From NCBI GenBank assembly GCA_039809905.1, contig JBDHVY010000001.1, positions 330,001 through 362,000 on the forward strand: 32,000 nt of DNA. The letters are read 5' to 3'. The notes under the pieces are model-generated. The model did not search any database. It was not told the origin of the DNA and worked only from the letters and a program-made list of their open reading frames with translations. How positions within the stretch are numbered: the stretch's first letter is position 1; each line of letters opens with the position of its first letter. The stretch comes from Candidatus Babelota bacterium. GTDB taxonomy: Bacteria > Babelota > Babeliae > Babelales > Vermiphilaceae. The translations under genes and the position numbers were made by a program. This document shows positions 31,593-32,000 of the stretch, one piece after another.

Positions 31593-32000
31593 ATGATAAA
31601 AAATTTATCATTGATATTGCTGTTAACATGTACGCTTTTTGCGCATGACACAACAAACGCAGCTTCATTATCAGCTGAATGTTTACCAGAAAAATACATA
31701 GCTACCATCAATTTAATTTGCGATATTTCTGACTCTGCAGATATATCTGATAATCTCAAAAATCTTTCTGATATTATCGATGCAAATGAAACTGTATACT
31801 CTTTAGAATTAGTTAAAAATGCAACATGCGATGCACTTCTTGTATTAAAAAAATCTCAAAACAGATTCTCTCAATCACACTTTGCGGTGATTTATAATTA
31901 TCTAAAAAACTATCAATCACTTCTCAATTCCAATGCTCTTTTATCAGAAATATCTGATGAATATTATTTAGATATGATTGATCAAGATGCAGAAAAAATT
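31593..32000 (+). CDS. Hypothetical exported protein, N-terminal part (runs off the window end)
   Basis: Open frame MIKNLSLILLLTCTLFAHDTTNAASLSAECLPEKYIATINLICDISD... preceded by aaggatgcacta; absent from the ORF track because it has no stop in the window. Confidence 0.6.
   Translation, partial: MIKNLSLILLLTCTLFAHDTTNAASLSAECLPEKYIATINLICDISDSADISDNLKNLSDIIDANETVYSLELVKNATCDALLVLKKSQNRFSQSHFAVIYNYLKNYQSLLNSNALLSEISDEYYLDMIDQDAEKI

Overview
The window is AT-rich and looks like an intracellular or host-associated bacterium. The exported ankyrin, RING and propeller proteins suggest Candidatus Dependentiae/TM6, but this is inference only; a 16S search would settle it. Housekeeping content: partial murA, rluB/rsuA-family pseudouridine synthase, radA, prfB (RF2), an AlaX-like editing protein, a VOC/glyoxalase-fold protein, and a complete minus-strand rRNA operon (16S - tRNA-Ile(GAT) - tRNA-Ala(TGC) - 23S - 5S) with a strong promoter and a terminator. 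The accessory part is more unusual. Most important is a compact six-gene minus-strand cluster (15872-22563) in the order nucleotide-sugar epimerase, GT4, HipA/PI4K-like kinase, HipA/PI4K-like kinase, GT4, GT4. Nearly every product starts with a signal-peptide-like or hydrophobic segment. A third paralogous kinase lies at 6253-7182, and a more divergent protein with a kinase-like active-site motif adjoins the cluster at 14775-15851. Also notable are an exported ankyrin + C-terminal RING-finger protein, an exported beta-propeller-like protein with a possible F-box-like segment, an 1118-aa CPBP-type membrane protease with a duplicated extracytoplasmic domain, and orphan or bidirectional terminator-like hairpins that may mark unannotated RNAs. 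No CRISPR array or transposon was seen.
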